Part shown: piece by piece, positions 1 through 9,519 of the stretch
How positions within the stretch are numbered: position 1 is the first letter of the stretch
How the letters are laid out: each line of letters starts with the position of its first letter
DNA from: a virus
Lineage: Duplodnaviria > Caudoviricetes
Direction: 5' to 3' (one strand)
IMG/VR virus record: IMGVR_UViG_3300031998_000031
Coordinates: 1-64,000 of that record
DNA: 64,000 nt
Notes under the pieces: generated by a model
The model's database searches: none
What the model saw: the letters and a program-made list of their open reading frames with translations, nothing else
What the model was told of the DNA's origin: nothing
Program-made: the position numbers and the translations under genes

Positions 1-87
1 GCGATTAGTATGTTCTATGCCATAAAAGAAAATATCGAAGCGATAGAAAAGTCGACTATAGACCTGTGCGAAACTATAATAAAGTAG
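1..87 (+). CDS. 3' end of an unidentified gene (partial)
   Basis: Frame 1 is open (AISMFYAIKE...ETIIK) to TAG at 85-87 and is followed by a terminator. Confidence 0.5.
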   Translation, partial: AISMFYAIKENIEAIEKSTIDLCETIIK

Positions 88-93
88 GCGATT

Positions 94-127
94 GGAAGCC
101 TGCCTTTTCGGCAGGTTTCCATTTTTG
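94..127 (+). terminator. Rho-independent terminator
   Basis: GGAAGCCTGCC-loop-GGCAGGTTTCC then ATTTTTG. Confidence 0.75.
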
Positions 128-156
128 TTGGCGTCTTTTTGCCGTTTTTAACGGGT

Positions 157-421
157 GTAAACCAAAAATAAACCAAAAAAGCTGATTGGAAATTAAGTTT
201 TGCAAAAAGCGACAGGCTGTGAAGCCTTGAAATATAAGACTCTTGCGGAGGCGCTCTGAATTGCCTGTATAGTATATTTTATTCTAAATAGCGCGATTTG
301 CGAGGGTCTGTAAAGTCTTGCAAGCGTTGATTTTTGGACATTTTTATCAAACCATATTTTCATAATTTCCAGCGACTTTTGGCTTGTTTTAATATGCGTA
401 AACCAAAAATAAACCAAAAAA
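157..421. other. attP-like site with two integrase arm-type repeat blocks
   Basis: Identical 24-mer GTAAACCAAAAATAAACCAAAAAA at 157-180 and 398-421 flanking an AT-rich centre, directly downstream of the integrase. Confidence 0.7.
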
Positions 422-427
422 CTCGTC

Positions 428-1861
428 TTATAAGATTCCATTTTTATGGTCTATCAGAGCGTCTGCCACTTCGAGCGAAAGCTCCTCTGCCGATTCAATC
501 ACATGGGAATATATATTGGATGTCGTCGATACGTCCGCGTGACCAAGGCGTTTCGACACGATGACCAAGGGTGTATTATTTGCTAACATCAAAGATGCAT
601 ACGTATGCCTCAAACTGTGCGGGTGAATCTCAGGGTAGCCGTACTTATCCGCGAAGGAGCGCATATGTGATGTGACCGTATTCGCGATGACAGGTGAGCC
701 ATCGTCGTAAACAAAAATGCGGTCTAAGCTGTTATTCCATACGTCTCCGAGCTTTCGTGCCTGCTGGTCCTGCCAAATCCTCAGCTCTGTGAGTATCGCA
801 AAGGCCGAGTCCGACAGCTTCAGCGAACGTACTGAATTCTTACTTTTAGGGGTGTCGATATACCAGCCATCTTCCGGGGTGTAAGCGGCAGTATGCCTTA
901 CGTTTATCATCTGGGAGCCCTTGGACAAATCGGACCAGCAGAGTGCGACTATCTCCGATTTTCGCAGGCCGGTGAGCAGGTCAAAGAGTACGAACGCTCT
1001 AAACCACATGGGCTCCTCTGCAAGGTGCCCGATGAAGTCTTTGACCTCATTTTCGTCAAGGTATGCCGCTTCTGTTTTCGTTTTTTTTGGCGGTTCGGCT
1101 CTTTTTGCCGGATTAGAATCAATATATCCCCATTTGCATGCGCTGCCGAGCATTGATTTGATGCATGCGTGGTATCTCAGGATGTAATTTGATGAGAGGA
1201 TATCGTCTTCCTTATCGCGTACAAAGAGGGTTTCGACCGGCACTTCAAAGTAAGCGCAAATCTTTTTTGCTATATCTTCAGTAACTGACTTGCCGTAAAT
1301 GATTCTGTATAGCGTCGATTGGCTGATGCCCATAAGTGAGGCTAATTCGGATTTAGACATTCCAGCTTTGCCGATATACTCCTTTGCCTTAGTGGGGCGC
1401 ATACGCTTCATAACAGGTATGCCAGCTTCGGCAAGATTCCTGTAAAACTCATTCAAGTGGCCGGCCTTAAGCTCTCGCAGTTTTATTCCTCCAATGGCGG
1501 TTTTTATTCTTGGTAAGAGCTGATTGTATGTATGGATGGTGCTCTTCTTGCAATTCCGTCTGACATGGTCCCTCATCCATATATCGATGAATTCTCCTGT
1601 GCGGATATTACTGGCGTTGACTGCTCCGCCACGGAACTTATCCTCAAAATCAAAGGCTATACGGTGAGCTTCGTTGTCAGCTCTCTTTTCGCTCATTCCT
1701 TCCGGGGGAGTCCATGTCATAGACGTCCGCTGCTGCTGTCCGTATTGGTCGTATCCATTCGATACGCGAATGTAGTAGGATGTTTTGCCGTTCTTATTTA
1801 TTCTCTTACGTATCTCAGGCATGTCTTTTCCACAGACTTTCCACGGAATTTCCGCAGACAT
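428..1861 (-). CDS. int: Tyrosine integrase with an inserted XRE-type HTH (alternative start 1822)
   Basis: TGLRKSE, TPK, HSLRHT, LGHAD..TT.NIY catalytic motifs; N-terminal arm-binding region. Confidence 0.95.
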   Translation of the reverse strand: MSAEIPWKVCGKDMPEIRKRINKNGKTSYYIRVSNGYDQYGQQQRTSMTWTPPEGMSEKRADNEAHRIAFDFEDKFRGGAVNASNIRTGEFIDIWMRDHVRRNCKKSTIHTYNQLLPRIKTAIGGIKLRELKAGHLNEFYRNLAEAGIPVMKRMRPTKAKEYIGKAGMSKSELASLMGISQSTLYRIIYGKSVTEDIAKKICAYFEVPVETLFVRDKEDDILSSNYILRYHACIKSMLGSACKWGYIDSNPAKRAEPPKKTKTEAAYLDENEVKDFIGHLAEEPMWFRAFVLFDLLTGLRKSEIVALCWSDLSKGSQMINVRHTAAYTPEDGWYIDTPKSKNSVRSLKLSDSAFAILTELRIWQDQQARKLGDVWNNSLDRIFVYDDGSPVIANTVTSHMRSFADKYGYPEIHPHSLRHTYASLMLANNTPLVIVSKRLGHADVSTTSNIYSHVIESAEELSLEVADALIDHKNGIL

Positions 1862-1900
1862 TCCGCAACTAACCGTACCGTATCGTACCGTATCCTATCT
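1827..1900 (+). repeat. Four tandem 11-bp units plus CGTA(C/T) pentamers; partial copy of the 44.4-44.9 kb array
   Basis: TTTCCACAGAC TTTCCACGGAA TTTCCGCAGAC ATTCCGCAACT then AACCGTACCGTATCGTACCGTATCC. Confidence 0.9.
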
Positions 1901-1904
1901 TTAT

Positions 1905-2270
1905 CTAATCTGTTATTAATCTAATATCGGGATTCGCGTCAGGCTCATCTTCATTCAGCTTTATGAGAATGGTGTTTGGTGATAAGCATCCTTCTATAGT
2001 GCGCTTTAGTACAGGCGCATCACCGAATGGGTAGCCAACTTCTTTAGCCATGACGTCGATTATGCGCATCGGCTGGCCATACTTTGCGCTGGTGTACATC
2101 TCACAGATTCTTTCCAGTACATCGTATGAGATTTTGTCTGACGCATCGAAAAAATCTGTGAGAGATTCTTCTGCTACTTCAAAGGTCACTTTCCCCGACT
2201 TGGTCAGGTAGATTCCTTTAATGGGAGCATTGTCTATGGCAATATCGCGACCTATGCATATTGAGCTCAT
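1905..2270 (-). CDS. Hypothetical lysogeny-module protein
   Basis: 121-aa ORF between repressor and integrase, same strand. Confidence 0.7.
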   Translation of the reverse strand: MSSICIGRDIAIDNAPIKGIYLTKSGKVTFEVAEESLTDFFDASDKISYDVLERICEMYTSAKYGQPMRIIDVMAKEVGYPFGDAPVLKRTIEGCLSPNTILIKLNEDEPDANPDIRLITD

Positions 2271-2276
2271 TACGAA

Positions 2277-2609
2277 TCACCTCTTATATTTTTGCAGTAT
2301 AGAATTGATAGCTTGCCGGTCTTCTGTGCGTGCCACAGCATAAAGTGCTATAAGGTCATATGCCTCTTTCGAAAAAGAATCCTTTTCGTCTGACAGGCCA
2401 ATTAACCAGTCGACTGAGACGCCAAAGCCTGTGGCAATCTTTAAAAGTGAGTCCATCTGAGGCATGCGCGTCTCCTTTAAGAGTCGGCCCAAGGATATGG
2501 GGTGCATGTCTATATCGATGGCCGTTGCTCTAATCGATTTGCCCCGTGTGTCAACAAGGTAATTAACGCGCTCGTGAAACTTATTCCCATAGTATTCGAT
2601 GTTATTCAT
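2277..2609 (-). CDS. CI-like XRE HTH repressor
   Basis: P.MDSLLKIATGFGVSVDWLIG HTH_3 signature; divergent from a Cro-like gene. Confidence 0.88.
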   Translation of the reverse strand: MNNIEYYGNKFHERVNYLVDTRGKSIRATAIDIDMHPISLGRLLKETRMPQMDSLLKIATGFGVSVDWLIGLSDEKDSFSKEAYDLIALYAVARTEDRQAINSILQKYKR

Positions 2610-2683
2610 GTGTAGGCTACCCCTTTCAAAACATATAATAACATTGTATTGAATAATTTTTGCAACATTTTGTACAAAATCTA

Positions 2684-2712
2684 TTTACAATGCTGCCAGA
2701 AGTGTGTATAAT
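2684..2712 (+). promoter_or_regulatory. Rightward early promoter with a candidate operator in the spacer
   Basis: TTTACA-17bp-TATAAT; spacer contains CCAGAAGTGTG, with variants at 2953 and 16207. Confidence 0.7.
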
Positions 2713-2746
2713 GACAATGCAAGTTAGATATTGGAGAGTGTTGAAC

Positions 2747-2974
2747 ATGAAATCGAGCATTTTACGAGCAGCAAGAATCGAAAAGGGACTGTCAAGACGT
2801 CAGATGGCCGATGCCCTTGGGATGGCAGAGTATACTTACGGCAGAAAAGAGCGGGGCGAGGGGGACTTTTCACTTGACGAGATAAAAATCGTAGCCAAGC
2901 TCCTTGACTTTGATATGCACAGAGTGAACGTGGTTTTTTTTGATTCCGTGCTACCAGAAGTATGCGTAAAATAA
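2747..2974 (+). CDS. Cro-like HTH regulator
   Basis: LRAARIEKGLSRRQMADALGM..YTY.RKERG; ATG at 2747 follows GGAGAG. Confidence 0.88.
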   Translation: MKSSILRAARIEKGLSRRQMADALGMAEYTYGRKERGEGDFSLDEIKIVAKLLDFDMHRVNVVFFDSVLPEVCVK

Positions 2975-3047
2975 ACAAAATGTATCACCTCCGAAAGTTA
3001 TTGGTCTGCATCTAACTGGATTATATGAATTTGGAGTCTGAAGATAA

Positions 3048-3563
3048 ATGGGTCGTTCTGCAACAAAAGCCTCAGATAACGTGTATTACCAAGCGCGAAT
3101 AGAGGCCGCAAAATACAATGACAAACTTTTTAGTAGGGAGGGTGCCGCTGAGCTACTTGGGATGTCGCCTTCAGCAGTGGCTGATGCGGAGCTTGGGTTA
3201 AACAAAGTGATGCCTGTAGATAAGGCAGTGATGATGGCTGAGGTCTACAACGCGCCGCAGCTCCTCAATTATTACTGCTTAAACGAATGTCCGATAGGCA
3301 AGCGTTTGCCTATATCGGATGAGGTGAAGCCGATTGAACAGAGCGTTCTTTCGCTTATCAATCTATTGGAGGACGGGCAAATGCTCGATTCCAAGCGAAG
3401 ATTGGTGGCTATAGCAATGGATGGGCGAATAAGTCCCGGTGAAAGAGTCGCAGCAAAAGAGCTGGTTGACTTTTTCGAAGATGTATCCAAAAAGGTTAGC
3501 GAGATAAAGATATTTTTAGAAAAAAGTGCGGAGGTGGAAAATGAAACAAAAAAAGGGGCCTGA
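3048..3563 (+). CDS. Phage HTH regulator (CII-like)
   Basis: SREGAAELLGMS.SAVADAELG HTH and C-terminal DGRIS..E motif; position after cro. Confidence 0.7.
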   Translation: MGRSATKASDNVYYQARIEAAKYNDKLFSREGAAELLGMSPSAVADAELGLNKVMPVDKAVMMAEVYNAPQLLNYYCLNECPIGKRLPISDEVKPIEQSVLSLINLLEDGQMLDSKRRLVAIAMDGRISPGERVAAKELVDFFEDVSKKVSEIKIFLEKSAEVENETKKGA

Positions 3564-4251
3564 CATCTTAGTGATAATGCTGATAGTTCTGGCTATTCTT
3601 GTAGTCTGGGCTATCGTGCAGACCATAGGCTCATATCACTACAGGGCGGCGTTATTGCAGGAGATTCGAGAGAGACAGCGTGTCGAGCAGCTTAACAAAG
3701 AGACTACCGAAGAGGTTGTCTTAGAGGAGCCTGAGGTTAGCGAGGAGCCTGAGGTTATCGAGGAGCCTGAGCCTGAACAGCCTGAGGTGTTGGTCCAGAC
3801 TGTATATCAAAAAACGTCGAGCTATCTTACCGACGATGTGCCAGCAGATGAGGATGTCCAGTATTGTATCAACACATGGTGCGAAACATATGGCGTTCCA
3901 TATACATTAGCACTGGCAGTCATCCAAACGGAAAGCTCATTCAGGGCTGATGCTGTCAACAGCGCAAACACCTGCTTTGGATATATGCAGATTAACATCT
4001 GTAACGAAGAATATCTAAAAAAGACTCTTGGAATAAAAACAATCAAGGACCCGTTTGATAACTTGCAGGCTGGAATTTACATGCTCAGTCGATATATCGA
4101 CAAGTATGACGACTTGGAGATGGCCTTGGTCGCGTATAACTGTGGGGATGGTGGTGCGCAGAAGAATCACTTTTCAAAAGGCGAGTATTCGACAGGATAT
4201 AGCCGAAAGGTGATGGAGCGTAAAGCTGATTGGGATGCTTTAATCGGATAA
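3541..4251 (+). CDS. Membrane-anchored lytic transglycosylase (SLT domain)
   Basis: N-terminal hydrophobic helix, EP-rich linker, IQTESS, GYMQI and AYNCG SLT motifs. Confidence 0.85.
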   Translation: MKQKKGPDILVIMLIVLAILVVWAIVQTIGSYHYRAALLQEIRERQRVEQLNKETTEEVVLEEPEVSEEPEVIEEPEPEQPEVLVQTVYQKTSSYLTDDVPADEDVQYCINTWCETYGVPYTLALAVIQTESSFRADAVNSANTCFGYMQINICNEEYLKKTLGIKTIKDPFDNLQAGIYMLSRYIDKYDDLEMALVAYNCGDGGAQKNHFSKGEYSTGYSRKVMERKADWDALIG

Positions 4252-4258
4252 GGAGGGC

Positions 4259-4486
4259 ATGATGTGTAAGGTGTGCCTGCCGGGGCCAAATTGTGGAGGT
4301 TGTCCGCACGAGCCGGAGCCAGAACCTGTATATGTATGCTTAGAATGTGGTGAGGGCATATACCCCGGAGATAAATACTATCGGCCCTATAGCGGAGGAT
4401 ATGTTTGCCTTCACTGTCTCGAAGATAAGAGCGTGGAAGAGTTACTTGCACTTGCAAGGGAAGCACTGGAGGTGGCTAATGTTTGA
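4259..4486 (+). CDS. Small Cys-rich zinc-finger protein
   Basis: Several CxxC pairs; GGAGG RBS. Confidence 0.7.
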   Translation: MMCKVCLPGPNCGGCPHEPEPEPVYVCLECGEGIYPGDKYYRPYSGGYVCLHCLEDKSVEELLALAREALEVANV

Positions 4487-5066
4487 TGACCTGCAATTTG
4501 ATGAAAAAACGCATGTGTACAAGGTGGGTGGTGAGGTATTTCCAAGTGTCACCACCATTATGAAGCCGCTCTCCAGAAGCTATTACGACGGCGTCAGTGA
4601 AGAGATGTTGAATAATGCGGCAAATAGGGGGCAAATCGTCCACAACGCTATCGAGGTATGGAATGACTTTCAGATAGAGGATATCCCCAGCGAGCTTTGC
4701 GGATACTTCACTGCGTATAAGGATTGGTTCGAGAAGAATAATCCCGTACTTAAGGCGAGCGAGATGCGCATGTATCACCCCTTGCTCAGGTACGCAGGTA
4801 CGTGTGACCAACTGTGCGAGATTAATGGCGAACTGGTCCTTATCGACTATAAGACTTCAAGTAACGTCATTGACATGATGTACGGCGTGCAACTTGAAGC
4901 CTACAGCCAGATGCTTAAGGCAGAGGGCATAAATGTTGACAAAAAGCTTGTATTGCACCTGAAAAAGGACGGGACCTACAAGGAACACTGGTATCCAGCA
5001 AAAGACCCGGAAAGATGGCGCGTGTTCAACGCACTTTTACTTATTTACAACTACAGCAAAGCATAA
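4479..5066 (+). CDS. PD-(D/E)XK exonuclease
   Basis: PSVTTI, G..VH, AGTCD, IDYKT and QLEAY motifs. Confidence 0.85.
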   Translation: MFDDLQFDEKTHVYKVGGEVFPSVTTIMKPLSRSYYDGVSEEMLNNAANRGQIVHNAIEVWNDFQIEDIPSELCGYFTAYKDWFEKNNPVLKASEMRMYHPLLRYAGTCDQLCEINGELVLIDYKTSSNVIDMMYGVQLEAYSQMLKAEGINVDKKLVLHLKKDGTYKEHWYPAKDPERWRVFNALLLIYNYSKA

Positions 5067-5072
5067 GGAGGA

Positions 5073-5783
5073 ATGGTGATGCAGGGAGATTCTATGGCAG
5101 TTGAAAAGTATAACGAGATGAGTGAGAGCTCAAACATGGCCGGAGCTGTAAATCAGCTAAGCGTTATGGCTAATGAGCTGGTCATCAACAACAACGATGA
5201 TTACCAGCTTGCGGCGGAACAGGCCAAGCGGGTCCGGGCAATGATAAAGACGGTCACTGATTATTACGAGCCGATGCGTAAGAGCACGTATGATGCTTAT
5301 CAGAGCGTCATGGCAAAGAAAAAAGAGATGCTTGCTCCTCTGGAAAAGGCAGATGGCGTCATCACTAAGAAGCTAAAGGCTTACAACATGGAGGTCGAAC
5401 GCCTGCGTAGGGAGCGTGAAGAGGCTCTCAGGCGAATGGCGCGTGAAGAAGAGGAGCGCAGGCTTGAAGAGGCTGCTAAGGCTGAAAGCGAAGGCGATGC
5501 TATCGGGGCAGAGATGGCCATGGCTGAAGCTGAAGCTATGGAGTCCGCCGCCATGACAGTAAAGGTGAGCACTGACAAGCCCAAGGCTGAAGGGGTGGGC
5601 ACCGTGAAGAACTGGGTAATCAAATCCATCGACAATCAAACAGTCCCTGTATTCTTCAACGGGATGGAATTTAGGCCGGTCGACAGTAAGGCCGTCCTCA
5701 GATATATCAAGGCGACCAAGGGCACCGTCCAGATACCCGGTGTAGTTTTTGAAGAAGAAGTAAGCATGAGAATCAAGCTTTAG
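5073..5783 (+). CDS. Coiled-coil recombination-module protein
   Basis: E/A/R-rich coiled coil, C-terminal IPGV; lies between nuclease and recombinase. Confidence 0.7.
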   Translation: MVMQGDSMAVEKYNEMSESSNMAGAVNQLSVMANELVINNNDDYQLAAEQAKRVRAMIKTVTDYYEPMRKSTYDAYQSVMAKKKEMLAPLEKADGVITKKLKAYNMEVERLRREREEALRRMAREEEERRLEEAAKAESEGDAIGAEMAMAEAEAMESAAMTVKVSTDKPKAEGVGTVKNWVIKSIDNQTVPVFFNGMEFRPVDSKAVLRYIKATKGTVQIPGVVFEEEVSMRIKL

Positions 5784-5798
5784 CGGAGGTGTAGATAA

Positions 5799-6704
5799 AT
5801 GGCAAATAGTGCAGCGGAAAAGAACGCGCTTCAGGTCCAGTATGAAGTGGCTGGGAATCCTGTAGTATTGGACATGGACTTTGTGAAAAAATATCTCGTT
5901 AGAGGTAGTGCGAATCTTGTGACTACGCAGGAAGTCCTTTTCTTCATGAACACGTGCAAGATGCAGCGCCTCAATCCCTTGGTCAACGGGGAAACTTATC
6001 TAATTAAGTATGATGAGAAGCAGCCAGCAAATATGGTGGTCGGGAAGACTGCGTACTTGAAGCGTGCCTTTGAACATCCCGAATACATTTGCAAAGAGGA
6101 TGGAATCATCGTGGAAAAGGGCGATGAGACCTACGCAAAAGAGGGCACGTGCCTATATAAGGGCGAAACACTTGTCGGCGGATGGTGCAGAGTCCACTTC
6201 ATGAGGAATGGTGCTGAAAGAACTGCTTATAAGGAAGTCTCGATGTTGGAGTACGGCAAGAATCAGGCTACATGGAAGAACCTGCCTGCCACTATGATAG
6301 CGAAGGTTGCTATCTCTCAGTGCGTAAGGGAGGCGTTCCCGAAAGATTATGAGGGACTATACTCTGAGTATGAGATGGAGGCGTCAGGCGCAATCCCGGA
6401 CAATGCCTTTGTCCAGAGTAAAGCGGAAGAGGACCCGATTATCACTCAGGAAGAGCGGTTAGACCTTTTCAACAACGCGAAGGGTGACCTTGGAGATAAT
6501 TATCAAGACACGCTTAAAGAGATATTCGACAAATATGGAATCGAGTCTTCTGCGACAATGAAAAAATCTGAATATGTCAAGGTCGTGGATGATATCGCTA
6601 AGATAGTCAAGGAAAGGGCTAAGGCCAATGTAATAGATGTCGAGGCTATACCTGTAGCCGAGCCCGCAGATGCAGAACCTCCTTGGGACGAGGGCGAGAA
6701 GTAA
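5799..6704 (+). CDS. Bet/RecT-family ssDNA annealing protein
   Basis: CK.QRLNP...E.YLIKY, GGWC.V, W...PATMI.KVA.SQC.REAFP. Confidence 0.88.
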   Translation: MANSAAEKNALQVQYEVAGNPVVLDMDFVKKYLVRGSANLVTTQEVLFFMNTCKMQRLNPLVNGETYLIKYDEKQPANMVVGKTAYLKRAFEHPEYICKEDGIIVEKGDETYAKEGTCLYKGETLVGGWCRVHFMRNGAERTAYKEVSMLEYGKNQATWKNLPATMIAKVAISQCVREAFPKDYEGLYSEYEMEASGAIPDNAFVQSKAEEDPIITQEERLDLFNNAKGDLGDNYQDTLKEIFDKYGIESSATMKKSEYVKVVDDIAKIVKERAKANVIDVEAIPVAEPADAEPPWDEGEK

Positions 6705-6741
6705 GCTTTTCTTAAGTCAGTCTATAAATAAGGAGTCCCAA

Positions 6742-7512
6742 ATGGCGTGGATTGCAGTTCACGAGGAGGTCCCTAAGCATCAAAAGTTTAGGGACCTATA
6801 TAAAAATATAGGGTGCAATGAGTTCGAAGCACTCGGAATACTTGTCTCTGTATGGCAATGGGGGCTATACAATGCTACCCCGGACGGAATTATTCGCAAT
6901 GCTGACAAAGACGATATAAGTTGCTGCTTGAGGAGGGCAAGCGTCAAGTCAAAGCACGACGCTGATAAAATTGTCGAGGCATTGATAAAGTCAGGGTGGA
7001 TTGATGAGGACGGCGATACACTAATCATCCACGATTGGGGATATTGGCAGGGCGCATGGTTCAAAGCTTTAGAACGTCGCGAAAAGGATAAGGCACGCAA
7101 ACAGCGGAACAAAGAGTCTCATGATACCGAGGGAACGACGGAACTTCAGGCCGAAGTAGCTATCCCAGAAGAACAGCCGAAGCCTGAGCCCAAAGCTCAG
7201 AGCTCGAAGACTCTGAGGGAATATTCTCCGACGTTCGAGGCATTCTGGAAAGCGTATCCGAGGCATAAGGAAAAGTCGGGTGCATATCGGGCGTATCAGG
7301 CGAGGATAAAAGATGGGTTCTCCGCCGAAGAGATGATTGAGGCGGCTACGGCATATGCCAATGATTGCGTCAAAAAGCATACTGAAGAGCAGTATATAAA
7401 GCTTGCGGCCACTTTCATAGGGCCAGCCACTCCGTTCCTTGATTATCTGAAAAAGGATAAGCCTCAGCCAGAGATGCAGAACGGGTTATTTACTGAATGG
7501 GGTGAGATGTAA
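6742..7512 (+). CDS. Phage replication initiator / replisome organiser
   Basis: MAWI.VH, IHDW..WQ, C-terminal FEAFWKAYPR...YIK.AATF; directly upstream of the loader. Confidence 0.85.
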   Translation: MAWIAVHEEVPKHQKFRDLYKNIGCNEFEALGILVSVWQWGLYNATPDGIIRNADKDDISCCLRRASVKSKHDADKIVEALIKSGWIDEDGDTLIIHDWGYWQGAWFKALERREKDKARKQRNKESHDTEGTTELQAEVAIPEEQPKPEPKAQSSKTLREYSPTFEAFWKAYPRHKEKSGAYRAYQARIKDGFSAEEMIEAATAYANDCVKKHTEEQYIKLAATFIGPATPFLDYLKKDKPQPEMQNGLFTEWGEM

Positions 7513-8342
7513 TGGATTTGAGCGGGGTGATAGCGAGCATCACGGGAAATCAGAGTAGGCAACGTAATGATTATTATGACGCCGACGGTTTTCTGGTGTG
7601 CGGCAAATGTGGCACTCGTAAGGAGATATATCTTCCTTTCCTTGACCAGAAGGTCCCCGTGATGTGTCATTGCAGGCAAGAACAGCTCTTGGCCGAGGAA
7701 GCCGCGGAAAGAGAGAAGCGCAAGCTGCTGAAGATTGAGGATAACAAGAATCGCAGCATGATGAATTCCAGATATGCGGACCTTAGATTCGGTAATTTCA
7801 CGGTAAATGAATACAACGCGAAGCCGATGGCTATCTGTAAAAGGTACGCCGAAAAGTTCTCGGATTTTGCTGTAAGGAACTACGGCATTTTGATGTGGGG
7901 TGATGTCGGCACAGGTAAGAGCCATACCGCCGCATGTATTGCTAACTACTTGCTCGACCAAGGTTATTCTGTGCTTATGGCAAGCATCGCGGAACTGCTT
8001 CGCATAATGTCTATGGGCGATGCCGAAAGTCAGGCGCTGATGCACAGGATAGATTCGGATGACCTTGTCATATTCGATGACCTTGGAACGGAACGCAAGA
8101 CAGACTACGGGCTTGAACGTCTATACGACCTCATAGACGGTCGGTATAGAAGCAAACGCCCGATGATAGTCACGACGAACCAGACCTTTGTATCCATGAA
8201 GGAAGAAGTGGACCCAAGGTACGCAAGGATAAATGACAGGATATTCGAAGTTTGCTACCCGGTGCAGTTTGTTGGGCCGAGCTGGCGGAAGAAGATATTC
8301 AACGATAAGTTCAAGGCTTTTATGGAGATAGTAGATGAGTGA
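7512..8342 (+). CDS. DnaC/IstB-like helicase-loader ATPase
   Basis: Walker A GDVGTGKS, FDDLGTE, VTTN; N-terminal zinc motif. Confidence 0.92.
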   Translation: MDLSGVIASITGNQSRQRNDYYDADGFLVCGKCGTRKEIYLPFLDQKVPVMCHCRQEQLLAEEAAEREKRKLLKIEDNKNRSMMNSRYADLRFGNFTVNEYNAKPMAICKRYAEKFSDFAVRNYGILMWGDVGTGKSHTAACIANYLLDQGYSVLMASIAELLRIMSMGDAESQALMHRIDSDDLVIFDDLGTERKTDYGLERLYDLIDGRYRSKRPMIVTTNQTFVSMKEEVDPRYARINDRIFEVCYPVQFVGPSWRKKIFNDKFKAFMEIVDE

Positions 8343-8757
8343 TGATGTCAGATTCGTCGTGCGTGGAGAGCCTATTCCCAAAGGACGTCCACGTGTGACA
8401 AAAACGGGACATGCTTATACCCCTCAAAGGACTGTGGTTTACGAAAAGCTCGTCAGGCATTCATATATTGCGCAATGCGGGGCTTTTCGGTTCCCGGACG
8501 GCTCGCCGATAGAAATCACTATAAACGGCTACTTCCCGGTGCCGAAATCCGTTAGCAAAAGGCGGGCGGCAAAGATGCAGGCTGGAGAATACAAGACCAC
8601 AAGGCCGGACTTGGACAACATAATAAAGAGCATTACAGATGGGTTAAACGGACTTGCGTTTAAGGATGATAGCCAGATTTGTGTTATCAACGCGACGAAA
8701 AGATATAGTCGTTATCCATATACCACAGTGCGTTTGCATATGCTACAGGAAGACTGA
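8335..8757 (+). CDS. rusA: RusA Holliday junction resolvase
   Basis: GEP.PKGRPR, PDLDN..K...DGLNG....DD.QI. Confidence 0.93.
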   Translation: MSDDVRFVVRGEPIPKGRPRVTKTGHAYTPQRTVVYEKLVRHSYIAQCGAFRFPDGSPIEITINGYFPVPKSVSKRRAAKMQAGEYKTTRPDLDNIIKSITDGLNGLAFKDDSQICVINATKRYSRYPYTTVRLHMLQED

Positions 8758-8769
8758 TAGGAGGTCGAG

Positions 8770-9519
8770 ATGAGTTTAAGTATCAGTATCAACACCAACA
8801 CGTTCGCGCTCATGAAGGACAATTTCGACGCGGTGCTGACGAAGACGATTACCACGATGCGCAGCAAAGATGTGGAGGACGCGGATATAGCCCTCAAACT
8901 GAAGGTGAAGCTCCATAAAGTCGAAATCCCGCGTATCGACCAAGAACCGATGATAGCTTATGTGCCTGAGTTCAAACATGAGGTGTCGTCGGCAATGACT
9001 CTTAAGGATAAGATATCCGCCGAAGATGTCTACAACGAATTCAGCGTCGAATGGGATGAGGAGGCTGGTGAGTATGTCATGAATGAGATTGACAGCGGCC
9101 AAATCAGCTTTTTCAGCAAGAAAAACGATAAGGACGATAAAGCGGTCGACAAAGAAGAAAAAACCGCTGAAATCGAAGAAAAACAGCCTGTAAACGAGGA
9201 GGTCGAGGCTTTCAAGTTTCTGAAACAGTTTGTAGGCGAAAAGATGTTCGTCACTGAGAACGAAGGCCATTACGCTGTGCGCACTGGGGAAAACAAGATT
9301 ATTCTTGTCTCGAATGCAGACCCATCATATCGGTTCTACTGTTCCCCGGAGGTCCTCAAAAAGCATGTGGGGCATGAATGCATCTGTGTTAGCTACGCAG
9401 ACCCGGATACCGGCGAGCTGTACAGCATTAGTATCGAATGCGACGATTGCAGCAAGACGGTATTCGACATGAATAATCCTGAGTTCAAGGGGCTTGAAGA
9501 AGATGAAGACGCCATTTGA
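8770..9519 (+). CDS. Hypothetical protein
   Basis: 249-aa ORF with GGAGG RBS, in operon. Confidence 0.75.
   Translation: MSLSISINTNTFALMKDNFDAVLTKTITTMRSKDVEDADIALKLKVKLHKVEIPRIDQEPMIAYVPEFKHEVSSAMTLKDKISAEDVYNEFSVEWDEEAGEYVMNEIDSGQISFFSKKNDKDDKAVDKEEKTAEIEEKQPVNEEVEAFKFLKQFVGEKMFVTENEGHYAVRTGENKIILVSNADPSYRFYCSPEVLKKHVGHECICVSYADPDTGELYSISIECDDCSKTVFDMNNPEFKGLEEDEDAI

Noticed and set aside
4479-5066. Cas4 as part of a CRISPR system
   Set aside because: Context next to Bet/RecT fits a recombination exonuclease; no other cas genes or array
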